Positions 40,952 to 50,107 are shown, counted from the stretch's first letter. The stretch: DNA of 56,245 nt from an uncultured virus (IMG/VR IMGVR_UViG_3300031521_000020) (IMGVR_UViG_3300031521_000020), one strand, 5' to 3'. Program-made: numbers and translations. The notes: generated from the sequence alone by a model not told the origin.

Positions 40952-41534
40952 ATAAAATATTTGTTTTATATATGACACGCTCGCATTACAAAAATTTACC
41001 TCTTTGAATTTGGTACTGTATGTGTGCTTATAATGAAATGTTTATAGTAAAAATATTAACATGTTTTTTAACATATATACATTTATTACGTAAAATAAGG
41101 TAAAAACAACTCATATTTAACGTACTCATTTGAGTATCTGCATATTACAAAGGTAACAAAAAGTGTGTAAATAGACTATTTTTGTTACCTTTTTTATATA
41201 TAGTATAGTTAATTAGAGAATAAATGGTATATAATAATACGAACTCTGAAAGAGTGAGAGAATGAGCGTAGCGAAATGAGGGAGGAGGACGGTCATGTAT
41301 GTTAAATTTTTAACAAAATTTTGGTTAAATAAATATTTAACCTTATTTAACTAACTTTACATTTGTAGCATAAAAAAGTTAAATTATCATAATGTTAATA
41401 AAAACATATTTAAACTATCATATTGTTAGCATACCGCATAAGGAATTTTTTCACTTGTAAAGTAAACGTATGTTAATTATGTCAAAAAGATATTTTTGAC
41501 AATGGGGTTAAAATTTTAACCCCAAAATTGATTA
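40952..41534. other. Long non-coding palindrome-rich region (origin/control-hub candidate)
   Basis: Longest ORF-free stretch; multiple inverted repeats; purine-rich tract 41248-41292. Confidence 0.5.
41123..41136. repeat. TACTC-N4-GAGTA palindrome 7
   Basis: TACTCATTTGAGTA, in non-coding hub. Confidence 0.85.
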
Positions 41535-41702
41535 TTAATACTTCCATTGGAATTTTACAAATAGAATAAACAAAGTTTTAACATTCGTTTCAGTGTTCGT
41601 TAATAATAACGGTTTCCAAAACCAATCCCAATCCCATATAATTAAAACACGATTGTAATAATATACCCGACCCTCAAAAGTAACTTCAAAATTGTTTTTC
41701 AT
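41535..41702 (-). CDS. Trp-rich small protein (55 aa)
   Basis: MKNNFEVT...WDWDWFWK. Confidence 0.6.
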   Translation of the reverse strand: MKNNFEVTFEGRVYYYNRVLIIWDWDWFWKPLLLTNTETNVKTLFILFVKFQWKY

Positions 41703-41727
41703 ATTATTTGTTTAAATGGTTTATAGG

Positions 41728-41741
41728 TACTCGAATGAGTA
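41728..41741. repeat. TACTC-N4-GAGTA palindrome 8
   Basis: TACTCGAATGAGTA, intergenic. Confidence 0.85.
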
Positions 41742-41751
41742 TTGAATCATA

Positions 41752-41943
41752 TTATAAAGGTAATATAGGATATTTCACAAAGTTATCCAATTGCCAAACC
41801 GCTTCACGAAGTAGTTTATAACGTGCTACAATACGTTTGTTATCTTTGCGAATGATACAAAAATACTGTAGTCCGTCCATTGCAACCTTTTTGCTTATTG
41901 TAAGGTCAACGCCTGAATATGTGATTGTTTTGTATGCTTTCAT
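41752..41943 (-). CDS. hypothetical protein
   Basis: co-oriented ORF. Confidence 0.7.
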   Translation of the reverse strand: MKAYKTITYSGVDLTISKKVAMDGLQYFCIIRKDNKRIVARYKLLREAVWQLDNFVKYPILPL

Positions 41944-42027
41944 TTAATTACTTATTTAATTATTTTATGTGTTATTAAAATGAAATTTTAATAAATGTCA
42001 AAAAAGGATTTTTTGACAAAATATTGA

Positions 42028-42150
42028 TTAACCCTCAATTGCTGCTTTCACCAAATCAAGTGCAAGTTGAAATACATCTTTTTCATTTTGGTTAAAAAAT
42101 GACAATGGTTTAATACCATCAATAATTTTAACAATTTCTTCTATTTCCAT
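42028..42150 (-). CDS. small hypothetical protein (40 aa)
   Basis: MEIEEIVK... Confidence 0.55.
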   Translation of the reverse strand: MEIEEIVKIIDGIKPLSFFNQNEKDVFQLALDLVKAAIEG

Positions 42151-42163
42151 AATATATTTTATT

Positions 42164-42412
42164 TTAGATTGGATTATTAACAAGTTCAATTGCTTTACTT
42201 AAAGCGTAAAGTAAATTTAACATTTGTTTGTTGGTATCTGTTGACGTATAGAAGTCAATACATTTGCCTGTTTTAATACTATACATATCCAACGCTATGT
42301 AGCCGTTTCTAGCCTGAATTTGTACACATCTACCTGATGGTTCAAGGTTTCTGTTAAAGCGGTCTAATGCCCCTTGTAATTCGTTTACTAATGTTGTTTT
42401 ATTTGTTGCCAT
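42164..42412 (-). CDS. hypothetical protein
   Basis: ORF after promoter 42456. Confidence 0.8.
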   Translation of the reverse strand: MATNKTTLVNELQGALDRFNRNLEPSGRCVQIQARNGYIALDMYSIKTGKCIDFYTSTDTNKQMLNLLYALSKAIELVNNPI

Positions 42413-42589
42413 AACTATAATGTTTTGTTTTAATTACTTTTATTTGATTACCTTACAAAAGTACGGTATTAACTTCAATTGTGGAAATAGAATTTGTTAA
42501 AATTACAATAAATTTTTATTAAGATCTTTTAACTGAAAATATTTGGTTATATGAATTGTTTTGACTACCTTTGCCATATCATATGATTC

Positions 42590-42660
42590 GAGAGATGTTG
42601 GCGGATGTTAAAATATTTAATAGACCGAAGATTATACTCCTTTTGGTTCAATAATTATTT
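42590..42660 (+). ncRNA. Candidate structured sRNA, copy A (most diverged)
   Basis: Follows promoter 42529-42573; GAGAGATGTTGG-CGG..CCG-AAGATTATACTCC; no ORF. Confidence 0.5.
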
Positions 42661-42662
42661 TT

Positions 42663-42727
42663 TTAACAATTGATATATAGTATCCAACGGAGAATATACT
42701 CCAGATTTATTGTCTGCCAACCTCTCT
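42663..42727 (-). ncRNA. Candidate structured sRNA, copy B
   Basis: Follows promoter 42743-42787; AGAGAGGTTGG-CAGA..TCTG-GAGTATATTCTCC-N21-GTTAA. Confidence 0.65.
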
Positions 42728-42783
42728 ACCTTTATTATGATACAAAGATACGGAATAAGGTTGACATACGGAAATGGAATTTG

Positions 42784-43002
42784 TTAAATTATTTGAATAT
42801 CAATTATTTTAAATCGTTTAATTAAATTGTTTTTGTGTTTTGTACAAACGTTCATTTCGCTTACATAACCTTTTGTATTCTCTGCTTTGACTTTGTATTT
42901 TGCATTGTATTTACATTGTCTAAAAATAGGTCTCATTTGTGTGTCTGTAAACCTGTTGTAACTATAACCATCCTCAACGTGTTGTTCACATCTTAACCCC
43001 AT
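42784..43002 (-). CDS. hypothetical protein
   Basis: start moved to MGLRC; stop in promoter TTAA. Confidence 0.7.
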   Translation of the reverse strand: MGLRCEQHVEDGYSYNRFTDTQMRPIFRQCKYNAKYKVKAENTKGYVSEMNVCTKHKNNLIKRFKIIDIQII

Positions 43003-43003
43003 A

Positions 43004-43300
43004 TTATTTGTGGAATTTATAAGGCTGTTGATAACCTTTGATTTTTTTATTTGGATAGAATGGTATTTCATCGTGTGGAATTGACTGAAGTATAAAAGGT
43101 TCTGCTTCTCTCATAGCTTTGTTTTCACGCTCTGTTAAGCTGTTTAGTTGGTCTGCAAGTTCTAATATTTTACTTTGTTCGCTGTTTGGTTTATACTCCA
43201 CAACTTCAATACCCTGTTCTCGTGCTTCTATAATGCGTTGTGCAATGGTTGTAGATGTTCCATACGTACCGCCAGCACCAATTATAATTACGTTTTTCAT
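43004..43300 (-). CDS. hypothetical protein
   Basis: N-terminal VIIIGAGG. Confidence 0.75.
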   Translation of the reverse strand: MKNVIIIGAGGTYGTSTTIAQRIIEAREQGIEVVEYKPNSEQSKILELADQLNSLTERENKAMREAEPFILQSIPHDEIPFYPNKKIKGYQQPYKFHK

Positions 43301-43521
43301 TACAATAGGTTGAAATAAAAATCCATAATGTCTTTATTAGTATATGAATTATCAACATACTTAATAAATTTCTTTTGGGCTTCTTTTTTCATATCATTGA
43401 AAAGTCTTTTACATTGATTGAAATTACCATAGAGATATGAATCAATAAGATAATCAAAATATTCTGATTCGGTTGTAAAATCCAACCCTTTTGCTAATGT
43501 AATAAGATTTTTCTTTGCCAT
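43300..43521 (-). CDS. hypothetical protein
   Basis: ORF after promoter 43561. Confidence 0.8.
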   Translation of the reverse strand: MAKKNLITLAKGLDFTTESEYFDYLIDSYLYGNFNQCKRLFNDMKKEAQKKFIKYVDNSYTNKDIMDFYFNLL

Positions 43522-43620
43522 GATATTTTATGTTTTTATTTGTTTAATTTAATTACAGTGTAAAGATACGGTTTAACAACGACATTCTAAAATAGAATTT
43601 GTTAATTTATAATGTTTATT

Positions 43621-43782
43621 TTATGCATCTTGTGCCGTTTTTTGTCCTAAATAAATCCAATCGCTACTATTTGCTACAATACCATATAACTCAGATTTTG
43701 CTAAATCTTCTGAAGGTTGATGATAAACGAACATTTGTAGACCCGAAGTTCTGTGTTGAAATACGTGTGCTTTATTTTTCAT
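43621..43782 (-). CDS. small hypothetical protein (53 aa)
   Basis: MKNKAHVF... after promoter 43816. Confidence 0.65.
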   Translation of the reverse strand: MKNKAHVFQHRTSGLQMFVYHQPSEDLAKSELYGIVANSSDWIYLGQKTAQDA

Positions 43783-43856
43783 AATAACTTGTTTTGTTTA
43801 ATTATTTTGATAGTACAAAGATACGCTTTAACAGTGATATACTAAAATGTAATTTG

Positions 43857-44135
43857 TTAAAGTTTTGACATTACTTCTTTAGCTATTTCAATACCACAAG
43901 TAAAAATCAAACGATTGTATATTGTCTTTGTTATTTCGGCACGTTCTTTCAATAGGTCTTCTGTCATATACCCAAGCCTATTTTGTTGACGTTGTAATGA
44001 TTCTAAATCATCAATCCTATTACGCATACCAAAGAACTTTGCAATGGCTATACGAGCTTCTGTGTGGTCATTATAATCTGTTAACAATGCCACGTTGTTG
44101 AGCATTTGTTTATATTTAATTTCTTGTTCGCTCAT
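43857..44135 (-). CDS. hypothetical protein
   Basis: stop in promoter TTAA. Confidence 0.8.
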   Translation of the reverse strand: MSEQEIKYKQMLNNVALLTDYNDHTEARIAIAKFFGMRNRIDDLESLQRQQNRLGYMTEDLLKERAEITKTIYNRLIFTCGIEIAKEVMSKL

Positions 44136-44353
44136 AATATATTATTATTATTTACTTGTTTTTTATTCTTCGTTCAACTTAGCAATTTCATATAGTAGCA
44201 ATGCAAATTCATCTAATTCATTTATCTTTTTATCTAATTCTTCTCTCTGTTTTAATAAAAGAACAACTTCGCTATTTTCTGAAAGGCAATTAAAATCAAT
44301 CATAATATTTATATTTTAACAATTATCAATTTGGACTATATAATTAATTAAAA

Positions 44354-44635
44354 TTAAAGTGCTGCATCAAGAGCTTCCTGAATATAAATTTTTTGGAACT
44401 CATGTAGATTACTTGAATTTTCCATTAACACTTCAAGTGCCGCAAGCATTTTTGGCGATGCAGCAATTAGTTTTGCATTTGCTTTATATTCTATTTCATC
44501 AATAAACGTTGAATTTATTGTAGCAATTGTAGGATATGTTACAACGATATTTTCATTTGTATTTTTTGATTGTATAGTTGGATATTTATCACCACTTATA
44601 AACCATTCGCCTTTTGTAATTTTAAGTTTTTTCAT
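44354..44635 (-). CDS. conserved hypothetical phage protein
   Basis: TKGEW...ANAKLIAASPKMLAAL motif recalled from phage proteins. Confidence 0.85.
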   Translation of the reverse strand: MKKLKITKGEWFISGDKYPTIQSKNTNENIVVTYPTIATINSTFIDEIEYKANAKLIAASPKMLAALEVLMENSSNLHEFQKIYIQEALDAAL

Positions 44636-44650
44636 AAATATATTATTAGT

Positions 44651-44953
44651 TTAAGCTATAACTAAATAAGTGTTTCTATCTTTTAGATTAATCATCATCA
44701 TAAAACAAAAAAAACGTGTTTCAGTTGATTTTAAGTAAACGACCTTTGCATTGGTATCTTTTGACCTCATGTAGATTGTATCAGAATCGGTATGACAATA
44801 ATGTTTTTTAAATGGAAATTTGTTAATAAATTCCAAATCCATTTCTTCACAAAATGTTAAATAATCTTCACGTGAAATTTTAACACGTTGGGTATACACT
44901 GTACCATCTTCAGACCAATGTTTTTGATAGCTTACTTTATACGGATTTTTCAT
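44651..44953 (-). CDS. hypothetical protein
   Basis: co-oriented ORF. Confidence 0.75.
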   Translation of the reverse strand: MKNPYKVSYQKHWSEDGTVYTQRVKISREDYLTFCEEMDLEFINKFPFKKHYCHTDSDTIYMRSKDTNAKVVYLKSTETRFFCFMMMINLKDRNTYLVIA

Positions 44954-44959
44954 AAAACA

Positions 44960-45118
44960 TTATTTATTTATTTCTACAATTCCCATAATAGTGAATCCTA
45001 ACCCCTCAACGGTCTTATCACCCCACACTGTAGGTATTAAACCAACTTTATTTATTTCAAGATTAAGAAGTTGTAAAACTGCTTCACCTACTTTTATTGC
45101 GCATTCTCTTTCTGACAT
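44960..45118 (-). CDS. small hypothetical protein (52 aa)
   Basis: ...TVWGDKTVEGLG... after promoter 45153. Confidence 0.7.
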   Translation of the reverse strand: MSERECAIKVGEAVLQLLNLEINKVGLIPTVWGDKTVEGLGFTIMGIVEINK

Positions 45119-45210
45119 AATATGTTTATTTGAATTAATTAAATTGATATGACAAAGATAAGCTTTAACATTGATGTATGAAAATAGAATTTGTTAAATA
45201 AAATAATATT

Positions 45211-45471
45211 TTACCATCTTGATAATTTGCTGTTATATTCTTCAGCGGTACAAATTTCTAATTCAACATACTTTTTTTTGTAATGCCACCAACCATCACA
45301 ACTTTGTTCCCATATTAAAGTTAAAGCATTTTTAACATCACATTGCCTTAAACATGGGTAGACATTGTTTTGTTCTGTACTGATTCCACGATTATTTAAG
45401 AATGTCCTTTGAAATGACATTTGGGATAAATCACCATCGAGAAAAAAATTATATTTTTCTTTTTCTGACAT
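45211..45471 (-). CDS. hypothetical protein
   Basis: single-gene promoter cassette. Confidence 0.8.
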   Translation of the reverse strand: MSEKEKYNFFLDGDLSQMSFQRTFLNNRGISTEQNNVYPCLRQCDVKNALTLIWEQSCDGWWHYKKKYVELEICTAEEYNSKLSRW

Positions 45472-45558
45472 AACTGATTGGTTTATTTATTTGAATTATA
45501 TTACTATACAAAGATAAGCTTTAACAATGATATATCGAAATAGAATTTGTTAAATAAA

Positions 45559-45981
45559 TTACGGTGCAGTAGTCCAATAATAATATTCACCATAAAAGTT
45601 ATTACGCTCTTCGCCTGTTTCGCTGTCGATGTTGTACTTTTTATATAAAGCTTGCCATACATCATCATTTGGGAATAGAATCGGATGGCAGTCCTCACAA
45701 TGACACTCACTTGCACCATCCTCAACATATACATCGTGTTCACTTTCAATACGCTTACCACAAAAGCGACAAATATAAACACCACCATCATTTTCCCATT
45801 CTTTAACATCTGTATCAGTGAATAGTATTTTACCATCCATATTTTCAACAATAAATTTTTCATCAGCATTACCCATATTTTCTATTTCCCTTTCAAATAC
45901 ATCAAAAAAGATGTCATTCTTTTTGTTGATAGTACAAATGTGTGTAGCTACACTTGTTATAATTTTAAATTGCCTTTTCAT
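45559..45981 (-). CDS. Zn-finger-containing hypothetical protein
   Basis: CRFC...HCEDC. Confidence 0.8.
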   Translation of the reverse strand: MKRQFKIITSVATHICTINKKNDIFFDVFEREIENMGNADEKFIVENMDGKILFTDTDVKEWENDGGVYICRFCGKRIESEHDVYVEDGASECHCEDCHPILFPNDDVWQALYKKYNIDSETGEERNNFYGEYYYWTTAP

Positions 45982-46066
45982 AAAGCGTTTGTTTTATTAA
46001 TTTGTATATGCAAAAGTAAAGAAAAGGATTCATTTTCACAAACCATTTTTGTTAAAGGATGTTAGA

Positions 46067-46080
46067 TACTCATTCGAGTA
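46067..46080. repeat. TACTC-N4-GAGTA palindrome 9
   Basis: TACTCATTCGAGTA, just upstream of promoter 46011-46055. Confidence 0.85.
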
Positions 46081-46269
46081 TTGTTAATTATAGGATAATA
46101 AATTGATTAAAAAAATCGTTTACTTCTTTGGATTCTTTACCATATTTTTCACTAAGTTTATCCAATTGTTTATCAAGTTCTTTATATTTTCTACATCTCC
46201 TATCAGCGGTTTCTGATAGGTATTTGTATACTGTTAGATGATTATTAGTTGTTTGTACCATATTATTAA

Positions 46270-46599
46270 TTATTCTTCTTCATCTTTTGGAAATTCATAA
46301 AATTCACTATTGATTATAGCATCAACACATTCATCCATCAATGAACCTAGATTTTGATCCAACGAGAAGTTTTCATCAATCTCAGAATAACAAAAAGCTA
46401 CCAATGGACTTTTTTCTTCTGCTTCACTAAGTGCAACGTGTTCGGCTCTAAAAACAGGCGTTCCATCAACTTTTGAATCAATATCAATGTTAAAAATGAT
46501 ATAATCCTGTTCGTTGGTTCGTTGGTCTACAACTTCAATCTCAAAAAAATTCATTTTATTCACCGCTTCCCACTGTTGGGCAATTGTTAAATCTGTCAT
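46270..46599 (-). CDS. acidic hypothetical protein
   Basis: co-oriented ORF. Confidence 0.8.
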   Translation of the reverse strand: MTDLTIAQQWEAVNKMNFFEIEVVDQRTNEQDYIIFNIDIDSKVDGTPVFRAEHVALSEAEEKSPLVAFCYSEIDENFSLDQNLGSLMDECVDAIINSEFYEFPKDEEE

Positions 46600-46624
46600 A
46601 ACTATTTATTATTTATTTGTGAAT

Positions 46625-46849
46625 TTAAAATTGTTGAATAAACATCAGAGACTTGTCTGTAGAAATAGTTAAAAAACCATCAGAGACTTGTTTATAAAAG
46701 TGAGAGACCTTAAAAGGTTTTTCAATATTCTCTTTTAATAATTCGGAATAAATGTACATAGATTCTGAATCAAAGGAAACAACGCTAAAAGTGTTTATTT
46801 CATCCTCAACATAAAATCGTAACCCTATTTTTAAAAAGTCTTTTTTCAT
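46625..46849 (-). CDS. hypothetical protein
   Basis: ORF after promoter 46875. Confidence 0.75.
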   Translation of the reverse strand: MKKDFLKIGLRFYVEDEINTFSVVSFDSESMYIYSELLKENIEKPFKVSHFYKQVSDGFLTISTDKSLMFIQQF

Positions 46850-46933
46850 AACATTGTTGCTTTAAATTGATATGTAAAAGTAATATATTTTAATCGTTGG
46901 TACAAATGGAATATGTTAAAGTAATTATTTACA

Positions 46934-46947
46934 TACTCATTCGAGTA
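46934..46947. repeat. TACTC-N4-GAGTA palindrome 10
   Basis: TACTCATTCGAGTA, just upstream of promoter 46875-46919. Confidence 0.85.
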
Positions 46948-46949
46948 TC

Positions 46950-47225
46950 TTATTCATATTTTAAGCAATTTTTTGCGGTTGGAACGGTTGAATAAACTTC
47001 ATTACCGTTTTTATAGACTTTAAAGCCTACTATTCTATTAACTGCATTCATTTGAATGATTCTTTGTCTTGCCTGATAACATATTGATGATAAATTCAAA
47101 CGCCCATCGTAATACATTACAGAATCACTACCACAACCCTCAATAGGATATTTCATATCCCAATTCATTTTTCCATCAACCCATTTACCTGTTGACATTT
47201 CATAAAAACGTACATAGTTTTTCAT
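46950..47225 (-). CDS. hypothetical protein
   Basis: GSDSV...DGR motif. Confidence 0.8.
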   Translation of the reverse strand: MKNYVRFYEMSTGKWVDGKMNWDMKYPIEGCGSDSVMYYDGRLNLSSICYQARQRIIQMNAVNRIVGFKVYKNGNEVYSTVPTAKNCLKYE

Positions 47226-47416
47226 TTATCAATATTGTTTTTGTTACTGATTTGATAATTAATATCATTTTCCTTTAAGAATTTTTCACATTCATCTGAA
47301 TGTATAAAAACGTTAATATATGCCCCATTGCGGTATGCAGGTTCAAATTTAACACTTCTATCTTCACGGTATGTGAATTTTAACCATTCGTTTATTATAA
47401 TTGTTTTCATAACCAA
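47222..47416 (-). CDS. hypothetical protein
   Basis: ATGA-coupled. Confidence 0.7.
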   Translation of the reverse strand: MVMKTIIINEWLKFTYREDRSVKFEPAYRNGAYINVFIHSDECEKFLKENDINYQISNKNNIDK

Positions 47417-47426
47417 TTTTTTTTAA

Positions 47427-47627
47427 TTAAGGTATTAAAGTAAATTTATATTCACAATCATCAATAACACAAAAAACCGTTTGATAAGAATAAACATCTT
47501 TTTCAGGATTATATAAATTAGCAAATACACAATTGTCGTGAACGTTAAAAAATTTAATTTCTAAACCGTTTCTATTGGCATGCTTCAATAAAATATTTAT
47601 TTGCTGCAATACTGTTAACGTTTTCAT
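47427..47627 (-). CDS. hypothetical protein
   Basis: ORF after promoter 47657. Confidence 0.75.
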   Translation of the reverse strand: MKTLTVLQQINILLKHANRNGLEIKFFNVHDNCVFANLYNPEKDVYSYQTVFCVIDDCEYKFTLIP

Positions 47628-47811
47628 ATTTTGTTTGTTTTAATTAAATTGATATGTAAAAGTAATTCATTTCAACCATATACCGAAATGGAATTTGTTA
47701 AATAAATTACTTTGTTTTTTAACAAATTCCATTTTCACGAATGGATTCAAAAGATTATCTTTGTTGTATAATTAAAAGGAAATAAATCAATTCATTAAAA
47801 ACTTATAAGTT

Positions 47812-48171
47812 ATGAAAGCAATTTTAGTTAAAGACAACGATTTTAAAACCATTGGTTTTGAAGTTACAACGGACGAAGGTAGCCGTATTTTCAATTACGG
47901 AATTTCCCCACGGTCGATGAATTACACAAAGGAAATAGATGTTAAAAAATACCTACTCAAAATTTTTGAACTTGTAAGACTTGAAACGTTAATTTATGAA
48001 CAGGAAAGATTTGTTAGTAAATTTTTCGATGTAGCATCAAAAAACAAATTAGTTAACAGTGTTAAAAATGCTGACCCAACTATTAAATTAAGTGCTAAAT
48101 TTCAGGAAAGTGACGAAATGATTAAACAAAATAAAAATGAAATAAAAAGAATAATTGATAGCTTTATTTAA
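47812..48171 (+). CDS. hypothetical protein
   Basis: ORF after + promoter 47719. Confidence 0.8.
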   Translation: MKAILVKDNDFKTIGFEVTTDEGSRIFNYGISPRSMNYTKEIDVKKYLLKIFELVRLETLIYEQERFVSKFFDVASKNKLVNSVKNADPTIKLSAKFQESDEMIKQNKNEIKRIIDSFI

Positions 48172-48196
48172 CTAAACTTGACATAAAATGACTTTG

Positions 48197-48233
48197 CTTA
48201 ACCTATATTGATAGAAATATGGGTTAAGTTTTT
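48197..48233 (+). terminator. Terminator after 47812..48171, possibly bidirectional
   Basis: CTTAACCTATAT-N8-ATATGGGTTAAG-TTTTT. Confidence 0.6.
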
Positions 48234-48244
48234 ATTAAGTTTTT

Positions 48245-48312
48245 TTAACAAAAAAAGTTTAGATGTCAAGGAGACCATACTTCAGGATTTGTGCATCCTG
48301 TCAACCTCTCTC
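48245..48312 (-). ncRNA. Candidate structured sRNA, copy C
   Basis: Follows promoter 48329-48373; AGAGAGGTTGA-CAGGAT..ATCCTG-AAGTATGGTCTCC-N20-GTTAA. Confidence 0.65.
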
Positions 48313-48339
48313 ATCCATTATTGTAATACAAAGATACAG

Positions 48340-48368
48340 AAAAGGGCTTACTTCTGCAAACCCTTTTT
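48340..48368 (-). terminator. Intrinsic terminator embedded in promoter
   Basis: GGGTTTGC-AGAA-GTAAGCCC-TTTT. Confidence 0.65.
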
Positions 48369-48386
48369 GTTAAATTAATTTATTTT

Positions 48387-48740
48387 TTATTTTAACAAAT
48401 CCCATTTTATTCCATCATTCAATTCAATTCTTTTATTCATTTTTTCAATTAAATCCATTGCAATAAAATGAAATTGATGACTATCATTTGTTAATTCAAA
48501 TTCTGAAAAAACATTCAAATTAAAACGGTTAACTTTTGTTTTCATAACCAACAATCCGTTTTTATCAAATTTTGACTCTTGAATAAAGACCTGATAATGC
48601 TCAAATTTACTTTGCGCTTGTAGGTTACAAAGAATGTTTTCTAAAGCGTTTAAAGCACTGCTAAACGTGTTTGTAACACTATTGAACTTTCCACCTGTCA
48701 TGTTATAAACTTCAATTGTGAAAATAGATTTCTTTTCCAT
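48387..48740 (-). CDS. hypothetical protein
   Basis: start moved to MEKKS, after promoter 48767. Confidence 0.8.
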   Translation of the reverse strand: MEKKSIFTIEVYNMTGGKFNSVTNTFSSALNALENILCNLQAQSKFEHYQVFIQESKFDKNGLLVMKTKVNRFNLNVFSEFELTNDSHQFHFIAMDLIEKMNKRIELNDGIKWDLLK

Positions 48741-48901
48741 GATGCTATATTGTTTTGATTTCGATGTAAAAGTAATATAATATAATGGATTAGTAAAATG
48801 GAATTTGTTAAAATAATTAATTTGTTTTTTAACAAAAAGCATTTGTTTCGTGTTGGTTAAAAGCTTACTTTTGTATTATAAATTTATTAAACGAAAACAA
48901 A

Positions 48902-49195
48902 ATGAAATATCCAAAAGCTCAATTTGACTTACTTGTAAACGGTTTAAAAGTAGTAGTTAACCATTACGGAATAACTTCTAAGGAAAAATGTTTAACCGAT
49001 TCTATGTTACATGAATTACATTTTAAAGTCTTTGTAAACTACAACTATTTAGTTAATAATTCAAATGTTAATTTAGATTCTGATGGTGTACGTATTTTAC
49101 CATTAACCGAAAGTTTTGAGTTATATCCAAACAATTGTGTTGATGATAACATTGAAACGGCTATGAAAGCAGCAATAAAATTAATTTTTATTTAA
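48902..49195 (+). CDS. hypothetical protein
   Basis: ORF after + promoter 48829. Confidence 0.8.
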   Translation: MKYPKAQFDLLVNGLKVVVNHYGITSKEKCLTDSMLHELHFKVFVNYNYLVNNSNVNLDSDGVRILPLTESFELYPNNCVDDNIETAMKAAIKLIFI

Positions 49196-49207
49196 CAAAT
49201 AAAAAAT

Positions 49208-49429
49208 ATGTTAACACAAAAGCTTATTAAAGTTCAACTAAACGATTTTGTTTTTGTAACAACTACAAAATACTATTGGTTTTTACAAAATGGAATTTTA
49301 AGATGTGGCGAAATTGGTCGTTTGATTATAATTGAAAAAGGTATTGAACCATATACCAATGGTAAATGTAATTTAACAAATAAACTAATTGTTGAAAAAT
49401 ATATTAGAGAAAATATTCGTTTTTATTAA
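49208..49429 (+). CDS. hypothetical protein
   Basis: stop in promoter TTAA. Confidence 0.75.
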   Translation: MLTQKLIKVQLNDFVFVTTTKYYWFLQNGILRCGEIGRLIIIEKGIEPYTNGKCNLTNKLIVEKYIRENIRFY

Positions 49430-49523
49430 CAAATTCCATTTTGATATATCAATGTTAAACACTATTTTTGTATATCAATTAATTAAAACGAAATAATTAA
49501 ACGCTTTTAAAAAATATACTATT

Positions 49524-50054
49524 ATGATTAAGACAAGTGAAAAAATTGCAGTTGAGAATTACCCTTGGGGATTTCGATTAAAAACCACTTTGTATGATTC
49601 TATGGAATTTAGCCCTAAAAAGGGTTACAGGCACGTTACACAAACTATTGACCCGAAAACAGGTAAATTGTGCGCACCAAAAAAATCAACTTATTACGCT
49701 TTGTTGGTTCGTTATTACAACGATGATAACCATATCAAAACAATGGCATTTGATTTTAACGGTATAGAATCAATAAACAAAGGTTGCAAATTTGTTAATG
49801 AAAACATTGAATTATTTGATAATAATGAAATTCAATATTTTTATGGTTATATCAGAATGATGGCAATAGTTGATTTAAAAGCTAACGTAATGTATTGCGG
49901 TTCAAAATTTGAAGATTTAAAACCATTATACGACCCATTTATTGAACTATGTGAAAAAGGGTTATCCAATGGCTGGAATTACTTTAGTGAATTACAATTG
50001 GATGTTGAAGCTATTAAATCGTTGGAAGATGTTAATTACAATCCATTCAGATAA
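49524..50054 (+). CDS. conserved hypothetical phage protein
   Basis: VENYPWGFRLKT...QT.DPKTG...PKKSTY motif recalled from phage proteins. Confidence 0.85.
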   Translation: MIKTSEKIAVENYPWGFRLKTTLYDSMEFSPKKGYRHVTQTIDPKTGKLCAPKKSTYYALLVRYYNDDNHIKTMAFDFNGIESINKGCKFVNENIELFDNNEIQYFYGYIRMMAIVDLKANVMYCGSKFEDLKPLYDPFIELCEKGLSNGWNYFSELQLDVEAIKSLEDVNYNPFR

Positions 50055-50074
50055 AAAATCTGATTTAATTTAAC

Positions 50075-50107
50075 AAAAAGCATTTGCAGTTGTAGATGCT
50101 TTTGTTT
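50075..50107 (+). terminator. Intrinsic terminator embedded in promoter
   Basis: AAAAGCATTTGC-AGTT-GTAGATGCTTTT-GTTT. Confidence 0.6.

Noticed and set aside
43004..43300. Rossmann dehydrogenase from VIIIGAGG
   Set aside because: Only 98 aa; the rest of the fold is not evident.
16105..45553. Canonical integron attC array
   Set aside because: Only ~37 bp between core words, no L boxes or extended dyad, no IntI in the window; kept only as an analogy.
45731..45740. Self-target for the sRNA E 20-mer (ACATCGTGTT)
   Set aside because: Only 10 nt match, too short to distinguish from chance in 56 kb.
31269..45869. Alternative-frame minus ORFs 31269..31604, 32209..32409, 32628..32855, 45504..45869
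   Set aside because: They overlap better same-strand ORFs, and two run through promoter motifs (NKFHF/NKFYF is the translated repeat).
7595..46000. Plus-strand ORFs of the track in the left arm (e.g. 7595, 9178, 9541, 15598, 23273, 35127, 44095, 45818)
   Set aside because: Antisense shadows of promoter-backed minus-strand genes, with no + promoter.
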